Shown here piece after piece: positions 27,191 to 38,191 of a stretch of DNA of 64,000 nt. The DNA is from an uncultured Christensenella sp. Its GTDB lineage: Bacteria > Bacillota > Clostridia > Christensenellales > UBA1242. The DNA is taken from assembly GCA_949282135.1 (NCBI GenBank), contig CASDOR010000007.1:779-64778 (forward strand), in the 5' to 3' direction. The stretch's first letter is position 1. Each line of letters opens with the position of its first letter. The position numbers and the translations under genes were made by a program. The notes under the pieces were generated by a model that searched no databases, was not told the DNA's origin, and saw only the letters and a list, made by a program, of their open reading frames with translations.

Positions 27191-27427
27191 TTAAATGTTT
27201 TTTAAATAGGTCGCAATTTCAAAGTCATACATTTGTTTTATATCTTTGTCACACTTTTTAAACTCGTTTTTGAGGTGTTTAATCCTCTTTTTCTTGGGAT
27301 TATCTTTTTTTCTATACACCCCATCAACGACCAAACAAAAGTCTTTGTTTATTACCTCATACACAATGTACTTTCTCTTCGTGTCATGACCTCGAAGAGA
27401 CGTCACAACACAATTTTTTTCAAACAT
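27191..27427 (-). CDS. Small KOW-domain RNA-binding protein found between map and infA in Clostridia-type spc clusters
   Basis: VVTSLRGHDTKRKYIVYEVINKDFCLVVDGVYRKKDNPKKKRIKHL. The start is set at the ATG preceded by gaggag. The ORF track extends to a GTG at 27481. Confidence 0.75.
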   Translation of the reverse strand: MFEKNCVVTSLRGHDTKRKYIVYEVINKDFCLVVDGVYRKKDNPKKKRIKHLKNEFKKCDKDIKQMYDFEIATYLKNI

Positions 27428-27488
27428 CAACTTTTTTCTCCTCTCTTCCCTTATACGCGCAACCTTCTCACTCGTGTGCACTCTTTTC

Positions 27489-28223
27489 TCAAGTTAAAAT
27501 TTCAACTCCATCCTCAAGTATAAGTATCGTGTTTTCATAGTGTGCGGAAAGACTACCATCCACCGTCCTCACATCCCAGCCACGAATTGAAATTTCATAA
27601 CTTCCCTCAGTCACCATAGGCTCAACTGCAATGACCATGTTTTTTTTAAGCACAGGGCCTAAGCCCGCATACCCATAGTTTGGAACATTTGGGTCTTCGT
27701 GAAGGTTTCTTCCAACACCATGTCCTACCATATCTCTCACAACTCCAAACCCATGCTTTTCAACATAATTTTGTACTTGACTTGAAATATCTCCGACATG
27801 ACTTCCAGCTTTTATGCCCTTAATGCCTTCAAAAAAACTCTCACGTGTCACATTAATAAGTTTTTGAGCTTTAGCACTAATCTTTCCTACCGCAAAAGTT
27901 CTCGCACTATCTCCATGATAACCATTAAAGCATGCTCCAACATCAATGCTAATTATGTCACCTTCTTTTAATGGAACGTTATCTGGAAAGCCATGAACAA
28001 CAACGTCATTTTTTGATGCACATATTGAACCTGGGAAACCACCATAGTGAAGAAAAGAAGGTTTTGCCCCTTGACTTACAATGTAATCATAAGCAATCTT
28101 GTCAAGCTCTTTTGTAGTAACACCTGGGTGAATGTGACGACCAACTTCAATAAGAGTGTTTTTTGTTATCTCGCCTGCCCGTCTCATTATTTCAATTTCT
28201 TTATCGGTTTTTATTTTTATCAT
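27489..28223 (-). CDS. map: Type I methionine aminopeptidase
   Basis: 244 aa containing VVHGFP, DIISIDVG, GHGVGR and VIAVEPM. Confidence 0.95.
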   Translation of the reverse strand: MIKIKTDKEIEIMRRAGEITKNTLIEVGRHIHPGVTTKELDKIAYDYIVSQGAKPSFLHYGGFPGSICASKNDVVVHGFPDNVPLKEGDIISIDVGACFNGYHGDSARTFAVGKISAKAQKLINVTRESFFEGIKGIKAGSHVGDISSQVQNYVEKHGFGVVRDMVGHGVGRNLHEDPNVPNYGYAGLGPVLKKNMVIAVEPMVTEGSYEISIRGWDVRTVDGSLSAHYENTILILEDGVEILT

Positions 28224-28329
28224 AACAACTTCTTCACCTTAAAAACTTTCGCTAACTTTTTGCCCTAATAATCTTTCTTACCAAAAAAATTTCGTTTACT
28301 CAAATTGTTTCTAATCTATAACTTATAGC

Positions 28330-28959
28330 CTACTTTTTTGAAATGCCCTTTAAGATTTTGTCAACTTTTTCAAACGTCTTTTCTTTAGTGTCAGTCGCCT
28401 CAACCTTTTTAAAAGTGCCCATATTCACATAAAAGTCAATGACTTCTTGTGGAAGTTTTTGTTTCTCAAGCCTAGCACGCACTACTTCTTCTTTGTCATC
28501 GTCTCTTGTCATCACCTCTCCACCACATTTTTCGCATTTCCCATCAACTAGCCAATCAACGTGAGTTGGATTCCCACAAGACGCACACATTCTTCTACCG
28601 CTAAGTCTTCTTATAATCTCCTCATCACTTAGGTCAATCATAATTGCCTTGTCTATAGTCACAAAACTACTAAGTGCCTTTGCTTGGGCTAAGTTTCTAG
28701 GAAAACCGTCAAGGACAAATCCTTTTTCACAGTCAGCATTTTCTAGCCTATCTTTTACAATGTCTATTGTGACCTCGTCAGGAACAAGACTTCCCAAGTC
28801 AATGTAACTTTTGACTTTTTTGCCAAGCTCGGTCTCATTCTTAATGTTGTATCTAAAGATATCTCCTGTGGAAATGTGTGGCAAATTATACTTTTCACAA
28901 ATAATATTTGCCTGTGTTCCCTTTCCACTTCCAGGAGGTCCAAGTAAAACAATTTTCAT
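28330..28959 (-). CDS. adk: Adenylate kinase (zinc lid form)
   Basis: 209 aa with P-loop LLGPPGSGKGTQA. The lid reads CASCG...CEKCGG. Confidence 0.96.
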   Translation of the reverse strand: MKIVLLGPPGSGKGTQANIICEKYNLPHISTGDIFRYNIKNETELGKKVKSYIDLGSLVPDEVTIDIVKDRLENADCEKGFVLDGFPRNLAQAKALSSFVTIDKAIMIDLSDEEIIRRLSGRRMCASCGNPTHVDWLVDGKCEKCGGEVMTRDDDKEEVVRARLEKQKLPQEVIDFYVNMGTFKKVEATDTKEKTFEKVDKILKGISKK

Positions 28960-28978
28960 TTTTTCTTTTCCTCCTCTT

Positions 28979-30274
28979 TTACTTTAAAAATCCTTTATAG
29001 TTTCTCATTAAGAGCTGAGCCTCAAGTTGTTTATCAATTTCAAGTGCAACTGATACAACAATTAGTAGTCCAGTCGAGCTAAACGCATTTATAAGTGAAC
29101 CAGAAGTACCAACTATGCTAAATATGAAACTTGGAACAAGTGATACAATTGCTAGGAATATAGCTCCCCAAAGAGTCAGTCTATTTGAAATCTTCTTCAA
29201 GTAATCCGCAGTAGATTTCCCTGGTCTATAGCCCGGAATAAAGCCACCATTTTGTTGAATTTGTCTAGAAATTTCCTCTGGATTAAAGCTAATTTGAGCA
29301 TAGAAATACGAGAATAGAAGTATTAGTATGGACAAAATTATTGCATAAGGCCAAGTTCCTGCACCAAGGTAAGTTGAATACCAGTTATATGCTGGAGAAT
29401 TAAGCCAGAAGATACTCATAATAAGCTGTGGAAAACTTATAATAGCACTTGCAAAAATTATTGGCATAACCCCACTAGCATTGATTTTGATTGGAATATT
29501 TGTATTCTGCCCACCATACATTTTTCTTCCCTTAATCTGCTTTGCGTATTGCACTGGCACACGTCTTTCGGCATTGTCGATAAAGACAATAAAACCAAAT
29601 ATAACAATAAGCATAAATAAGAATATGAGTAGAATCCAAATGTTTTCTAGATTTGTGCTTGAAATTCCAGCAATGGTATTGAAAATAGCAGTACCAGCAC
29701 TTGACAAAAGTCCAACAAATATTAGAAGTGACAAACCATTTCCAACTCCAAGTGCGGTAATCTTTTCACCGAGCCAAACTGTAAACATTGCACCAGCCAC
29801 AAGAATAGCCACAACCAAAGCCCCAGTTGCCCAGGTTGAACCGAAGAAAACTCCAGTTTCAAGATTTTCAACACCAAACCCAACGACTATACCAATACTT
29901 TGAACAATCGCAAGAATAAGAGCAGTAATCTTTGTGTAAAAAGAAATTTTCTTCTTTCCCTCTTCACCTTGCTTTGAAAGTGTCTCAAGTTTAGGAATAG
30001 CAACAGTGAGTAGTTGAATAATAATTGATGCGTTAATGTAAGGCACAACCCCAAGTGCAAGCACCGCACCATTTGCTAGAGCACTACCACTGATAGCACT
30101 GATAACCGACAAAAAGTCGCCACCACTACTTACCGCTTCCTGATAAGTACCAAGTGCAATACCAGGAGTAGGTAGCCAACAACCGATTCTGTAAACAAGT
30201 AGTAGCGCCAGAGTAATTAGAATCTTTCTTCTTACATCTTTAATTTTAAATGCTTCCTTAAGGGTCTTAAACAT
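28979..30274 (-). CDS. secY: Preprotein translocase subunit SecY
   Basis: 431 aa with 10 predicted TM segments. It holds the canonical position after rplO. Confidence 0.96.
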   Translation of the reverse strand: MFKTLKEAFKIKDVRRKILITLALLLVYRIGCWLPTPGIALGTYQEAVSSGGDFLSVISAISGSALANGAVLALGVVPYINASIIIQLLTVAIPKLETLSKQGEEGKKKISFYTKITALILAIVQSIGIVVGFGVENLETGVFFGSTWATGALVVAILVAGAMFTVWLGEKITALGVGNGLSLLIFVGLLSSAGTAIFNTIAGISSTNLENIWILLIFLFMLIVIFGFIVFIDNAERRVPVQYAKQIKGRKMYGGQNTNIPIKINASGVMPIIFASAIISFPQLIMSIFWLNSPAYNWYSTYLGAGTWPYAIILSILILLFSYFYAQISFNPEEISRQIQQNGGFIPGYRPGKSTADYLKKISNRLTLWGAIFLAIVSLVPSFIFSIVGTSGSLINAFSSTGLLIVVSVALEIDKQLEAQLLMRNYKGFLK

Positions 30275-30720
30275 TATACCTCCTCAGGCGTCCCTTTTGC
30301 CTTCACAATCTTGTCTTTTGCTGCACTCGAAAATTTACTAGCACGAACGGTTAATGATTTAGTAAGTTCACCATTACCAAGAACCTTAACCCCGTAATTT
30401 TCTATTTTTGACAAAACACCATTTTCAAGTAAAGCTTTTGCATCAACCACACTTCCATCCTCAAACTTGTTAAGGTCTGAGACGTTAACGATTGAATAAA
30501 CTTTCTTAAAATCAGCATTTGTAAACCCACGTCTTGGAAGTTTTCTAATAAGAGGCATCTGTCCGCCTTCGAACCCAAGTCTAACACCGCCCCCACTTCT
30601 AGCATTTTGACCCTTATGACCTTTACCACTGGTCTTACCGATGCCACTACCAATGCCACGTCCAAGTCTTTTCTTTGAAAATTTGGAATTTTCTGCAGGC
30701 TTCAATGATTGAATGTTCAT
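30274..30720 (-). CDS. rplO: 50S ribosomal protein L15
   Basis: 148 aa containing [24 protein letters not shown]. Confidence 0.95.
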   Translation of the reverse strand: MNIQSLKPAENSKFSKKRLGRGIGSGIGKTSGKGHKGQNARSGGGVRLGFEGGQMPLIRKLPRRGFTNADFKKVYSIVNVSDLNKFEDGSVVDAKALLENGVLSKIENYGVKVLGNGELTKSLTVRASKFSSAAKDKIVKAKGTPEEV

Positions 30721-30739
30721 TTCTTTTCTCCTTTAAATA

Positions 30740-30955
30740 TTAGTCGATTTCCTCAACTTTCACTAAATGTTTTACCTTAAAAAGGCTCCCCTTAATTGAG
30801 TCATTATTAGGGAAAATCTTTGTTGTATTAAGTTTTTTAAACCCAAGAGCCTCAATAACTTTAGCTTGACTTTTGTCATAGCCTATAACACTTCTAATAT
30901 AGGTCACTTTAAGTTTACTATCGCCTTTTACCTTTTTTGTTGTCTTTCTTTCCAT
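30740..30955 (-). CDS. rpmD: 50S ribosomal protein L30
   Basis: 71 aa containing LKVTYIRSVIGYDKSQAKVIEALGFKKLN. Confidence 0.9.
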   Translation of the reverse strand: MERKTTKKVKGDSKLKVTYIRSVIGYDKSQAKVIEALGFKKLNTTKIFPNNDSIKGSLFKVKHLVKVEEID

Positions 30956-30979
30956 TTCTAAGTTTCTCCCTAATAAAAA

Positions 30980-31639
30980 TTAAATTTCCTCAACTGACTT
31001 TCCACGAAGAGCAGCTATTTCTTCCTTTGTTCTAAGGAGTTTTAATCCCTCAACAGTTGCCCTAACCCCATTAATTTTGTTGTTAGAACCATGTGACTTT
31101 GTAACAATGTCTTTAATTCCAGCAAGCTCAATAACAGCTCTAGCACTACCACCAGCGATAACACCAGTACCTTGAGGAGCACTAAACATCTGAACACTTG
31201 AAGAACCAAAACGACCTATAACGTCATGTGGTATTGTAGTCCCAACAATTGGTACAGAAATCAAGTTTTTCTTAGCAGCTGCTGTTGCTTTTTCTACTGC
31301 CTCTGGAACTTCGTTTGCCTTACCTACACCAATGCCTACAAGTCCGTTTCTATTTCCAGCAACAACAAGTGCGCTAAAACGCATTGTCCTACCACCTTTA
31401 ACAACCTTTGTAACACGTCTGACTTCAACAAGTTTCTTGTCAAATTCACTGTCCTCACGTCTTGTCTCAGGTTTGTCTGCACGTCTTCTATCTTGTTTTT
31501 TACCTTGTGGTTTTGCTGGCACTGTTTTAATGGTTGATTTTTCTACTTTGCTAGGCTTCTTGCTTTCTTCTTTTTCAGCAGTTTGCGTATTTAAATCAGT
31601 TTCAACAACTTCACTATTTTGTACAACTTCTTCTTCCAT
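30980..31639 (-). CDS. rpsE: 30S ribosomal protein S5 with a roughly 55-aa acidic/basic N-terminal extension
   Basis: [24 protein letters not shown] is the S5 core. The start is set at the ATG 5 nt after ggagg. The ORF track starts 12 nt further upstream. Confidence 0.93.
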   Translation of the reverse strand: MEEEVVQNSEVVETDLNTQTAEKEESKKPSKVEKSTIKTVPAKPQGKKQDRRRADKPETRREDSEFDKKLVEVRRVTKVVKGGRTMRFSALVVAGNRNGLVGIGVGKANEVPEAVEKATAAAKKNLISVPIVGTTIPHDVIGRFGSSSVQMFSAPQGTGVIAGGSARAVIELAGIKDIVTKSHGSNNKINGVRATVEGLKLLRTKEEIAALRGKSVEEI

Positions 31640-31650
31640 TTTTTCCTCCA

Positions 31651-32019
31651 TTAGAACTTTAAACCTGCCTTTCTAGCGCCCTCTGCAAGACTTTCCACTC
31701 TTCCAGTATAAAGGTATCCGCCTCTATCAAAAACGACTTCCTTAATACCCTTCTTAGTTGCAAGTTTGCCTAAAAGTTCGCCAACCATAAAAGCCTGTTC
31801 ACTCTTGTTTTTATTTTTTAAAGTCTCAGCAAGTTCTTTAGATAATGTGGATGCACTGCAAAGTGTAACTGCCCTTTCGTCATCAATTATTTGAGCATAA
31901 ATGTTTGTTGTGCTTCTATATACACTTAGCCTTGGAGTTTTCTTTGTTCCAAAAACTTTTTTTCTCACTCTCATGTGGCGATGTTTTCTTTGCTCATTCT
32001 TATTAATTTTATTAATCAT
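31651..32019 (-). CDS. rplR: 50S ribosomal protein L18
   Basis: 122 aa containing [23 protein letters not shown] and [26 protein letters not shown]. Confidence 0.95.
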   Translation of the reverse strand: MINKINKNEQRKHRHMRVRKKVFGTKKTPRLSVYRSTTNIYAQIIDDERAVTLCSASTLSKELAETLKNKNKSEQAFMVGELLGKLATKKGIKEVVFDRGGYLYTGRVESLAEGARKAGLKF

Positions 32020-32039
32020 TTTGTATCTCCGCTTATCCC

Positions 32040-32585
32040 TTATTTCTTACCAGAAACTTTTCCGACTTTTCTAATAACAACTTCATTATCATACCTAATT
32101 CCGTATGCGTGATATGGTTCAACAGGTCTAAGTCCTCTAACTCTAGCAGCAAACTGTCCAACCTTTTCCTTTGAAATGCCACTAACTACAACAGTTGTTG
32201 CGTCAGGACATTCAAGTTTAATTCCCTCTTCTTCCTCAACCTCTACTGGATGAGAAAAACCAAGATTTAAAACTACTTTATTTCCTTGCTTTGATGCCCT
32301 ATAACCAACACCATTAATTACAAGAGTTTTCTTAAATCCATTTGAAACACCCTCTACCATGTTGTGTACAAGCATTCTGTATAATCCATGCTTTGCTTTA
32401 GTTTCACTTTGGTCATTTGGACGAGTCAAGATAACCTCGTTATTCTTAACCTCAACCTTGATAAGCTTATCAACAACTTGACTAAGAGTACCAAGTTTGC
32501 CTGAAACTGTTACAAGGTTATTATTATCGACACTTACACTTACTCCGTCTGGTACAACTACCGGCATTCTTCCAATTCTAGACAT
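32040..32585 (-). CDS. rplF: 50S ribosomal protein L6
   Basis: [17 protein letters not shown]. The start is set at the ATG after ggagg. The ORF-track TTG start at 32612 overlaps rpsH. Confidence 0.93.
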   Translation of the reverse strand: MSRIGRMPVVVPDGVSVSVDNNNLVTVSGKLGTLSQVVDKLIKVEVKNNEVILTRPNDQSETKAKHGLYRMLVHNMVEGVSNGFKKTLVINGVGYRASKQGNKVVLNLGFSHPVEVEEEEGIKLECPDATTVVVSGISKEKVGQFAARVRGLRPVEPYHAYGIRYDNEVVIRKVGKVSGKK

Positions 32586-32605
32586 TTTCCTTTCTACCTC
32601 CCCTT

Positions 32606-33004
32606 TTACCAAACGAAAGCCAAGACTTCACCGCCGACATTTTGGCGTCTAGCCTCTTTATCCGTCATTATTCCTTTATTTGTAGAAACTATCGCTATTC
32701 CAAGCCCATTTAAGACCATTGGAATATCTCTACTTTCAGCATAAACTCTAAGTCCTGGTTTAGAAATTCTCTTTAACCCTTGAATAACCTTTTCACCATT
32801 TGGTCCATACTTTAAGGTAAGTTTTATAGACTTGTAATTGCCGTCACTTACTAACTCGTAAGACTCAATATACCCTTCGTTAAAAAGTATCTCAGCAATT
32901 GCCTGTTTTGTCTTTGATGCAGGAACCATAACTTCTTGCCTTCTAATAGTTAATGCATTTCTAACTCTTGTTAGCATATCTGCAATAGGATCTGTAACTA
33001 CCAT
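32606..33004 (-). CDS. rpsH: 30S ribosomal protein S8
   Basis: 132 aa starting [17 protein letters not shown]. Confidence 0.96.
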   Translation of the reverse strand: MVVTDPIADMLTRVRNALTIRRQEVMVPASKTKQAIAEILFNEGYIESYELVSDGNYKSIKLTLKYGPNGEKVIQGLKRISKPGLRVYAESRDIPMVLNGLGIAIVSTNKGIMTDKEARRQNVGGEVLAFVW

Positions 33005-33022
33005 TTTTCTCTTTCTCCTTTA

Positions 33023-33208
33023 TTACCAACTAGACTTTTTAACGCCAGGGATTTCTCCTTTGTAGGCTAAATTTCTAAAACAAATTCTGCAAATACCATA
33101 TTTTTTAAGAACCGCATGAGGTCTGCCACAAATTGAACAACGTGTGTACTCACGAGTTTTGTATTTTTGCGTCCTTTGTTGTTTGTTAATCATTGCTTTT
33201 CTTGCCAT
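33023..33208 (-). CDS. rpsZ: 30S ribosomal protein S14, short zinc-binding type Z
   Basis: 61 aa containing [22 protein letters not shown]. Confidence 0.95.
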   Translation of the reverse strand: MARKAMINKQQRTQKYKTREYTRCSICGRPHAVLKKYGICRICFRNLAYKGEIPGVKKSSW

Positions 33209-33234
33209 ATTAATAAACCTCTTTTTTACTCAAT

Positions 33235-33798
33235 TTATCTTTTTGCAAAAGGCATTCCAAAAAGACTAAGTAATGAATATGCCTCTTTATCAGTCTTAGC
33301 AGTTGTCACAATGATAACATCCATACCTCTGACTTTTTCGACTTTTTCATATGAAATCTCAGGGAAAATAAGTTGCTCTTTAATCCCAAAAGAATAATTT
33401 CCTCTTCCATCAAAAGACTTTGGACTAACACCCTTAAAGTCTCTAACACGAGGAAGTGCAATTGAGATAAGCCTGTCTAAGAACTCATACATCTTGTCTC
33501 CCCTAAGAGTAACTTTTGCTCCAATCTTTTGCCCCTCTCTAACTTTGAAGTTAGAAATTGACTTACGAGCAAGAGTCGCAACCGCTTTTTGCCCAGTAAT
33601 CTGTGTGAGTTCGTCAAGTGCAAGATTGAAACTCTTTGAATTGTCTTTTACACTTCCTAGCCCCATGCTTACAACAATCTTGTCAAGCTTTGGAATTTCC
33701 ATAACATTCTTATAAGAATATTCTTTCTTAAGTGCTGGAACTACAGTCTTTAAATACATCTCATGTAGCCTAGCATATTTTTTCTTATTAGTTGCCAT
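33235..33798 (-). CDS. rplE: 50S ribosomal protein L5
   Basis: 187 aa containing [17 protein letters not shown] and [20 protein letters not shown]. Confidence 0.95.
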   Translation of the reverse strand: MATNKKKYARLHEMYLKTVVPALKKEYSYKNVMEIPKLDKIVVSMGLGSVKDNSKSFNLALDELTQITGQKAVATLARKSISNFKVREGQKIGAKVTLRGDKMYEFLDRLISIALPRVRDFKGVSPKSFDGRGNYSFGIKEQLIFPEISYEKVEKVRGMDVIIVTTAKTDKEAYSLLSLFGMPFAKR

Positions 33799-33806
33799 CT
33801 TTCCTC

Positions 33807-34310
33807 CTATGCCTCACTCTTTACTGTGCTTTTTTGTGTTTTACTCGACTTTGCTTCTTTTTTGCTAGTTGTACTAGCTGCCTTTTTTGCCTTAGTAGCC
33901 TTTACTTCAGTAGCCTTTTCTTTACTTGCTACTTTGCTTGCTACTTTGCTTGCTTTCTTGTCCTCTTTCTTAGAACTCTTTGCGACTTTCTTAGCGTCTA
34001 AGACTGCCCCGCACTTTTTACACTTTCTAACCTTTTTGTCGCTCGTCATTTCCATACTAACCCTTGTAGCTTTGTTGCAACTTGGACAAATAACCATTAC
34101 GTTACTCACTTCAATTTTGCCTTCAAGCTTTACAATTCCGCCTTTGTCTTGAGCAGACCTTGGCTTCTTGTGCTTAACAATCATGTTGAGATTTTTAACA
34201 GTCACTTTGTTCTCTTTTGGAAAACACTCTAAAACCTCGCCTGTCTTTCCGTTTTCTTTTCCTGTAAGAATAACAACTGTATCACCTTTTTTAATCTTCA
34301 TATTTGCCAT
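33807..34310 (-). CDS. rplX: 50S ribosomal protein L24 with a CxxC-x18-CxxC motif and a 60-aa Lys/Ala/Ser-rich tail
   Basis: 167 aa. [20 protein letters not shown] is the KOW core, followed by [27 protein letters not shown] and then [27 protein letters not shown]... Confidence 0.92.
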   Translation of the reverse strand: MANMKIKKGDTVVILTGKENGKTGEVLECFPKENKVTVKNLNMIVKHKKPRSAQDKGGIVKLEGKIEVSNVMVICPSCNKATRVSMEMTSDKKVRKCKKCGAVLDAKKVAKSSKKEDKKASKVASKVASKEKATEVKATKAKKAASTTSKKEAKSSKTQKSTVKSEA

Positions 34311-34326
34311 TTTTAATTATTCCCCC

Positions 34327-34695
34327 TTATAATACCTCAGGTGCAAGAGAAACGATCTTCATATATCCGTCCTCTCTAAGCTCTCTTGCAACAGGTCCAA
34401 AAATACGAGTTCCACGAGGTTGTTTTTGGTTATCAATAATAACCGCAGCATTGTCATCAAACTTAATGCTTGAACCATCAATTCTCTGTACTCCCTTGTT
34501 AGTTCTAACAATAACTGCTTTTACAACATCGCCTTTTTTAACAACACCACCAGGTGTCGCTTTCTTTACAGAGGCAATAATTACATCTCCAATATTTCCG
34601 CTTCTTCTAAAAGAACCGCCAAGTACTCTTATGCACATTATAACCTTTGCACCAGTGTTATCTGCAACCTTTAGTCTTGTTTGTGGTTGAATCAT
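34327..34695 (-). CDS. rplN: 50S ribosomal protein L14
   Basis: 122 aa starting [17 protein letters not shown]. Confidence 0.97.
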   Translation of the reverse strand: MIQPQTRLKVADNTGAKVIMCIRVLGGSFRRSGNIGDVIIASVKKATPGGVVKKGDVVKAVIVRTNKGVQRIDGSSIKFDDNAAVIIDNQKQPRGTRIFGPVARELREDGYMKIVSLAPEVL

Positions 34696-34710
34696 ACCTT
34701 ACTACCTCCG

Positions 34711-34971
34711 TTATTTTGCTCTCTCTATAATCCTAAGAACTCTAAAATGAACTGTCTTACTAATTGGCCTAGTCTCCATAATCTCAACATAGTCGCCAAC
34801 TTTGCAAGTCTCGTTTTCGTCATGCACTTTAAATTTCTTAGTGACCTTTACGACTTTTTTATAAAGTGGATGTTTGACATTTGATGTAACAGCAACTACG
34901 CAAGTCTTGTCCATCTTATCACTAACTACCACACCGATTTTAGTTCTTCTATTATTTCTTTTTTCTTCCAT
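34711..34971 (-). CDS. rpsQ: 30S ribosomal protein S17
   Basis: 86 aa containing RRTKIGVVVSDKMDKTCVV and HDENETCKVGDYVEIMETRPISK. Confidence 0.95.
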   Translation of the reverse strand: MEEKRNNRRTKIGVVVSDKMDKTCVVAVTSNVKHPLYKKVVKVTKKFKVHDENETCKVGDYVEIMETRPISKTVHFRVLRIIERAK

Positions 34972-34983
34972 GTTCTTCCTCTC

Positions 34984-35202
34984 CTACGCCTTAGCCTTTT
35001 TTTCAGAATTAATACCTAACTCTCTTTCGGTTAAGACTGTTTTGATTTTTGCAATATCTTTCTTCAAAGAGTTCAAAAGCATTGGATTTGCAAGATTTCC
35101 CGTTGCGTGTTGAAATCTCAAATTAAACAATTCTGTTCTAGTATCAATTAACTTTTTGTTAAGTTCTTCGCTAGTCAAATTTCTAATATCTTTTATCTTC
35201 AT
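34984..35202 (-). CDS. rpmC: 50S ribosomal protein L29
   Basis: 72 aa containing SEELNKKLIDTRTELFNLRFQHATG. Confidence 0.93.
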   Translation of the reverse strand: MKIKDIRNLTSEELNKKLIDTRTELFNLRFQHATGNLANPMLLNSLKKDIAKIKTVLTERELGINSEKKAKA

Positions 35203-35660
35203 TAACCTTCACCACCTTCTACAAGATTTTCTTTACTCTCCTTATCAGTGGTTTGACTTCTTGCAATAATCTTTGTCACAACTGGTAATTTGTGAGAAGC
35301 AAGTCTAAGTGCCTCACGTGCAACTGGTTCTGACACTCCGCTTATTTCAAAAAGTACTCTACCAGGCTTTACGACTGCTACCCAATACTCTGGATTTCCC
35401 TTACCACTACCCATTCTAGTCTCAGCAGGCTTTTTAGTAATTGGCTTATCTGGGAAAATGTCAATCCACACCTTACCACCACGTTTTGTGTACCTTGTCA
35501 TAGCAATACGTGCCGCCTCAATCTGATTTGATGTTATCCACGCAGGCTCAGTTGTTACAATACCAAAGTCGCCATATGCAAGCTTGTTACCACGAGTTGC
35601 AACACCTTTCATCCTACCACGATGAACTTTTCTTCTTTTTACTTTTTTTGGCATTAACAT
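35202..35660 (-). CDS. rplP: 50S ribosomal protein L16
   Basis: 152 aa starting [19 protein letters not shown]. It has a short acidic C-terminal tail. Confidence 0.96.
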   Translation of the reverse strand: MLMPKKVKRRKVHRGRMKGVATRGNKLAYGDFGIVTTEPAWITSNQIEAARIAMTRYTKRGGKVWIDIFPDKPITKKPAETRMGSGKGNPEYWVAVVKPGRVLFEISGVSEPVAREALRLASHKLPVVTKIIARSQTTDKESKENLVEGGEG

Positions 35661-35661
35661 T

Positions 35662-36327
35662 TTATTCGTTCCCCTCCTTTCTTCTAGGAGTCTTCTTATC
35701 TAAAATTTCACCTTTATAAACCCAAACTTTAATACCTAAAATTCCAAATGTAGTTTTTGCCTCAGCAAAACCATAGTCAATATCAGCCCTAAGTGTTTGA
35801 AGAGGAAGACTACCTTGATGATAATGCTCACTTCTAGCAATGTCAGCTCCGTCAAGTCTACCACCAACCATTGTCTTAATTCCTTTGACTCCAGCCCTCA
35901 TTGCCTTTTGCATAGCCATTTTCATAGCACGTCTAAAGTGAACACGTTTTTCAAGCTGACTAGCAATACTTTCAGCAATTAAGGTTGCGTCAATATCAGG
36001 ATTTTTAACTTCCTTAATATTAATTGAAATTGACTCTGCATTTGTAAGTTTCATTAACTCTTTTTTAAGGGTCTCAACACCCGCACCTTTTTGACCAATT
36101 AAAATCCCAGGGCGAGCAGTGAAAATGTTTACAATCACTCTTCTTGCTGTTCTTTCAATAACAACTTTTGAAATCGCACAAGCATAGTATTTTTTCTTAA
36201 TGAATTTACGAATTACGTTGTCTTCTTTTAGGTATTTAGCAAAATCATTTTTACCTACATACCATAAAGAATCCCAATTCTTATTTATTCCAACTCTAAG
36301 TCCATTTGGACTAACTTTTTGTCCCAT
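35662..36327 (-). CDS. rpsC: 30S ribosomal protein S3
   Basis: 221 aa starting [14 protein letters not shown], with a KH domain. Confidence 0.96.
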   Translation of the reverse strand: MGQKVSPNGLRVGINKNWDSLWYVGKNDFAKYLKEDNVIRKFIKKKYYACAISKVVIERTARRVIVNIFTARPGILIGQKGAGVETLKKELMKLTNAESISINIKEVKNPDIDATLIAESIASQLEKRVHFRRAMKMAMQKAMRAGVKGIKTMVGGRLDGADIARSEHYHQGSLPLQTLRADIDYGFAEAKTTFGILGIKVWVYKGEILDKKTPRRKEGNE

Positions 36328-36342
36328 TTCTCGCTTCTCTCC

Positions 36343-36729
36343 TTATTTTGCATTGTCCAGTATAACTGTAATATTGCTTGTTCTTTTTAAAATTTGGTCA
36401 ACTCTGCCACGACCCCTAATGTTTTGTCTCTTGTAGGTTGGACCTTGTCCAGAATAAATTTCTGCAACAACAAGGTCAGCTTTATTCATACCCTTATTGT
36501 TTTCTGCATTCGCACCCGCTGATTCTAGAACCTTTAAAATAAGATCTGCAGATTTGTTAGGCATATTTTTTAATATTCCAACAGCCTCAAAATAAGGTTT
36601 GTTTCTAACTATATCCATTATAATGTCTACCTTTGAAGAACTAACCCTAACATATGTTGCTTTTGCGTAAGGTCTAGTATCACGTGTCTGTCTTATTTTT
36701 TCAGTTTTTTCTTTTACTCTCTTTGCCAT
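36343..36729 (-). CDS. rplV: 50S ribosomal protein L22
   Basis: 128 aa containing YVRVSSSKVDIIMDIVRNK. Confidence 0.94.
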   Translation of the reverse strand: MAKRVKEKTEKIRQTRDTRPYAKATYVRVSSSKVDIIMDIVRNKPYFEAVGILKNMPNKSADLILKVLESAGANAENNKGMNKADLVVAEIYSGQGPTYKRQNIRGRGRVDQILKRTSNITVILDNAK

Positions 36730-36744
36730 TTATCTCTACACTCC

Positions 36745-37020
36745 TTATTTTCCTTTGACCTTATCAGCACCATGCCCTCTAAAAGTACGTGTTGGAGCAA
36801 ACTCACCAAGCTTATGCCCTACCATCTCTGCTGTACAATATACAGGAATGTGCTTCTTTCCATTATGCACTGCAATTGTATGCCCAACAAAATCAGGATA
36901 AATAACCGATGCTCTTGACCATGTTTTAATAGGTTTCTTTGTGTTGCTCTCGTTCATAGCCTTAACACGATTAAGCAATTTTTCTTCAACATAAGGTTTT
37001 TTCTTTAACGATCTACTCAT
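36745..37020 (-). CDS. rpsS: 30S ribosomal protein S19
   Basis: 91 aa containing [10 protein letters not shown] and [16 protein letters not shown]. Confidence 0.96.
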   Translation of the reverse strand: MSRSLKKKPYVEEKLLNRVKAMNESNTKKPIKTWSRASVIYPDFVGHTIAVHNGKKHIPVYCTAEMVGHKLGEFAPTRTFRGHGADKVKGK

Positions 37021-37037
37021 CTCATTCTCTCCTTAAA

Positions 37038-37865
37038 TTATGACCTCTTACTAACAATAAACTTATTAGTAGATTTCTTCTTGTCTCTAGTCTTAAGTCC
37101 TAGTGCAGGTTTACCCCAAGGAGTCATAGGACCAGGCCTACCAACTGGAGACTTACCTTCACCACCACCGTGTGGGTGATCGTTAGGATTCATAACAGAA
37201 CCACGAACTGTAGGTCTAACTCCCATATGTCTTTTTCTACCTGCCTTACCAAGAGAAATAATCTCATGATCGACATTGCCTACTTGACCAAGTGTTGCCC
37301 TACATTCAAGAAGAACTAACCTCATTTCCCCACTAGGCATTTTGATTGTCGCATATTTTCCTTCTTTAGCCATAAGTCTTGCACTAATACCTGCAGATCT
37401 TGCAATCTTTGCGCCTTGCTTTGGTCTAAGCTCAATGTTGTGCACAACACTACCTAATGGAATGTTCTTTAGAGGCATACAATTTCCGACTTTTACTTCA
37501 ACTTCTTCACCACTCATAACTTTGTCGCCAACATTTAGTCCAACAGGAGCTAAAATATATGACTTTGCCCCGTCCTCGTATTGAAGGAGTGCAATGTTTG
37601 CTGTTCTATTTGGGTCATATTCAAGCGCCACAACCTTTGCTGGGACATTGTCATGAAGACGTCTAAATTCAATAATTCTATATTTTTGTCTGTTTCCGCC
37701 ACCTTTGTGCCTTACAGTAATTTTACCCTGATTGTTTCTTCCTCCGTTCTTATTTTTTACAGAAAGAAGTGATTTTTCTGGCTTTTTCTTAGTAAGTTCT
37801 GAAAAATCTGCTGTGGATAAAAATCTTTGCGCAGGTGTGGTTGGATTATGTCTTTTTACTGCCAT
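37038..37865 (-). CDS. rplB: 50S ribosomal protein L2
   Basis: 275 aa containing [13 protein letters not shown] and [13 protein letters not shown]. Confidence 0.97.
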   Translation of the reverse strand: MAVKRHNPTTPAQRFLSTADFSELTKKKPEKSLLSVKNKNGGRNNQGKITVRHKGGGNRQKYRIIEFRRLHDNVPAKVVALEYDPNRTANIALLQYEDGAKSYILAPVGLNVGDKVMSGEEVEVKVGNCMPLKNIPLGSVVHNIELRPKQGAKIARSAGISARLMAKEGKYATIKMPSGEMRLVLLECRATLGQVGNVDHEIISLGKAGRKRHMGVRPTVRGSVMNPNDHPHGGGEGKSPVGRPGPMTPWGKPALGLKTRDKKKSTNKFIVSKRS

Positions 37866-37887
37866 TTTTTACTCTCTCCTTTTTGTT

Positions 37888-38190
37888 CTAATTTAAACTC
37901 TCGAAAAACTCAATAGGCTTGCTATCTTTTGTAAGTAAAACAATAGCTTTTTTGTAATCACTAGTCCTGCCAACACTTCTGCCTTGTCTCGTATTTTGAG
38001 TTTTTACCTTACCCTTAACAATCAAGGTATTTACACTTTTAACTTTTACTTTGAAAATTTGTTCTACAGCCTGTCTAATCTGAATTTTGTTTGCATTAAT
38101 GTCCACAATAAATGTGTATTTCTTATCAGGAATTGTCGCATAACTTTTCTCAGATAATAGTGGCTTTTTTATAATATCGTAGGCATTCAT
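37888..38190 (-). CDS. rplW: 50S ribosomal protein L23
   Basis: 100 aa containing [13 protein letters not shown]. Confidence 0.94.
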   Translation of the reverse strand: MNAYDIIKKPLLSEKSYATIPDKKYTFIVDINANKIQIRQAVEQIFKVKVKSVNTLIVKGKVKTQNTRQGRSVGRTSDYKKAIVLLTKDSKPIEFFESLN

Positions 38191-38191
38191 T

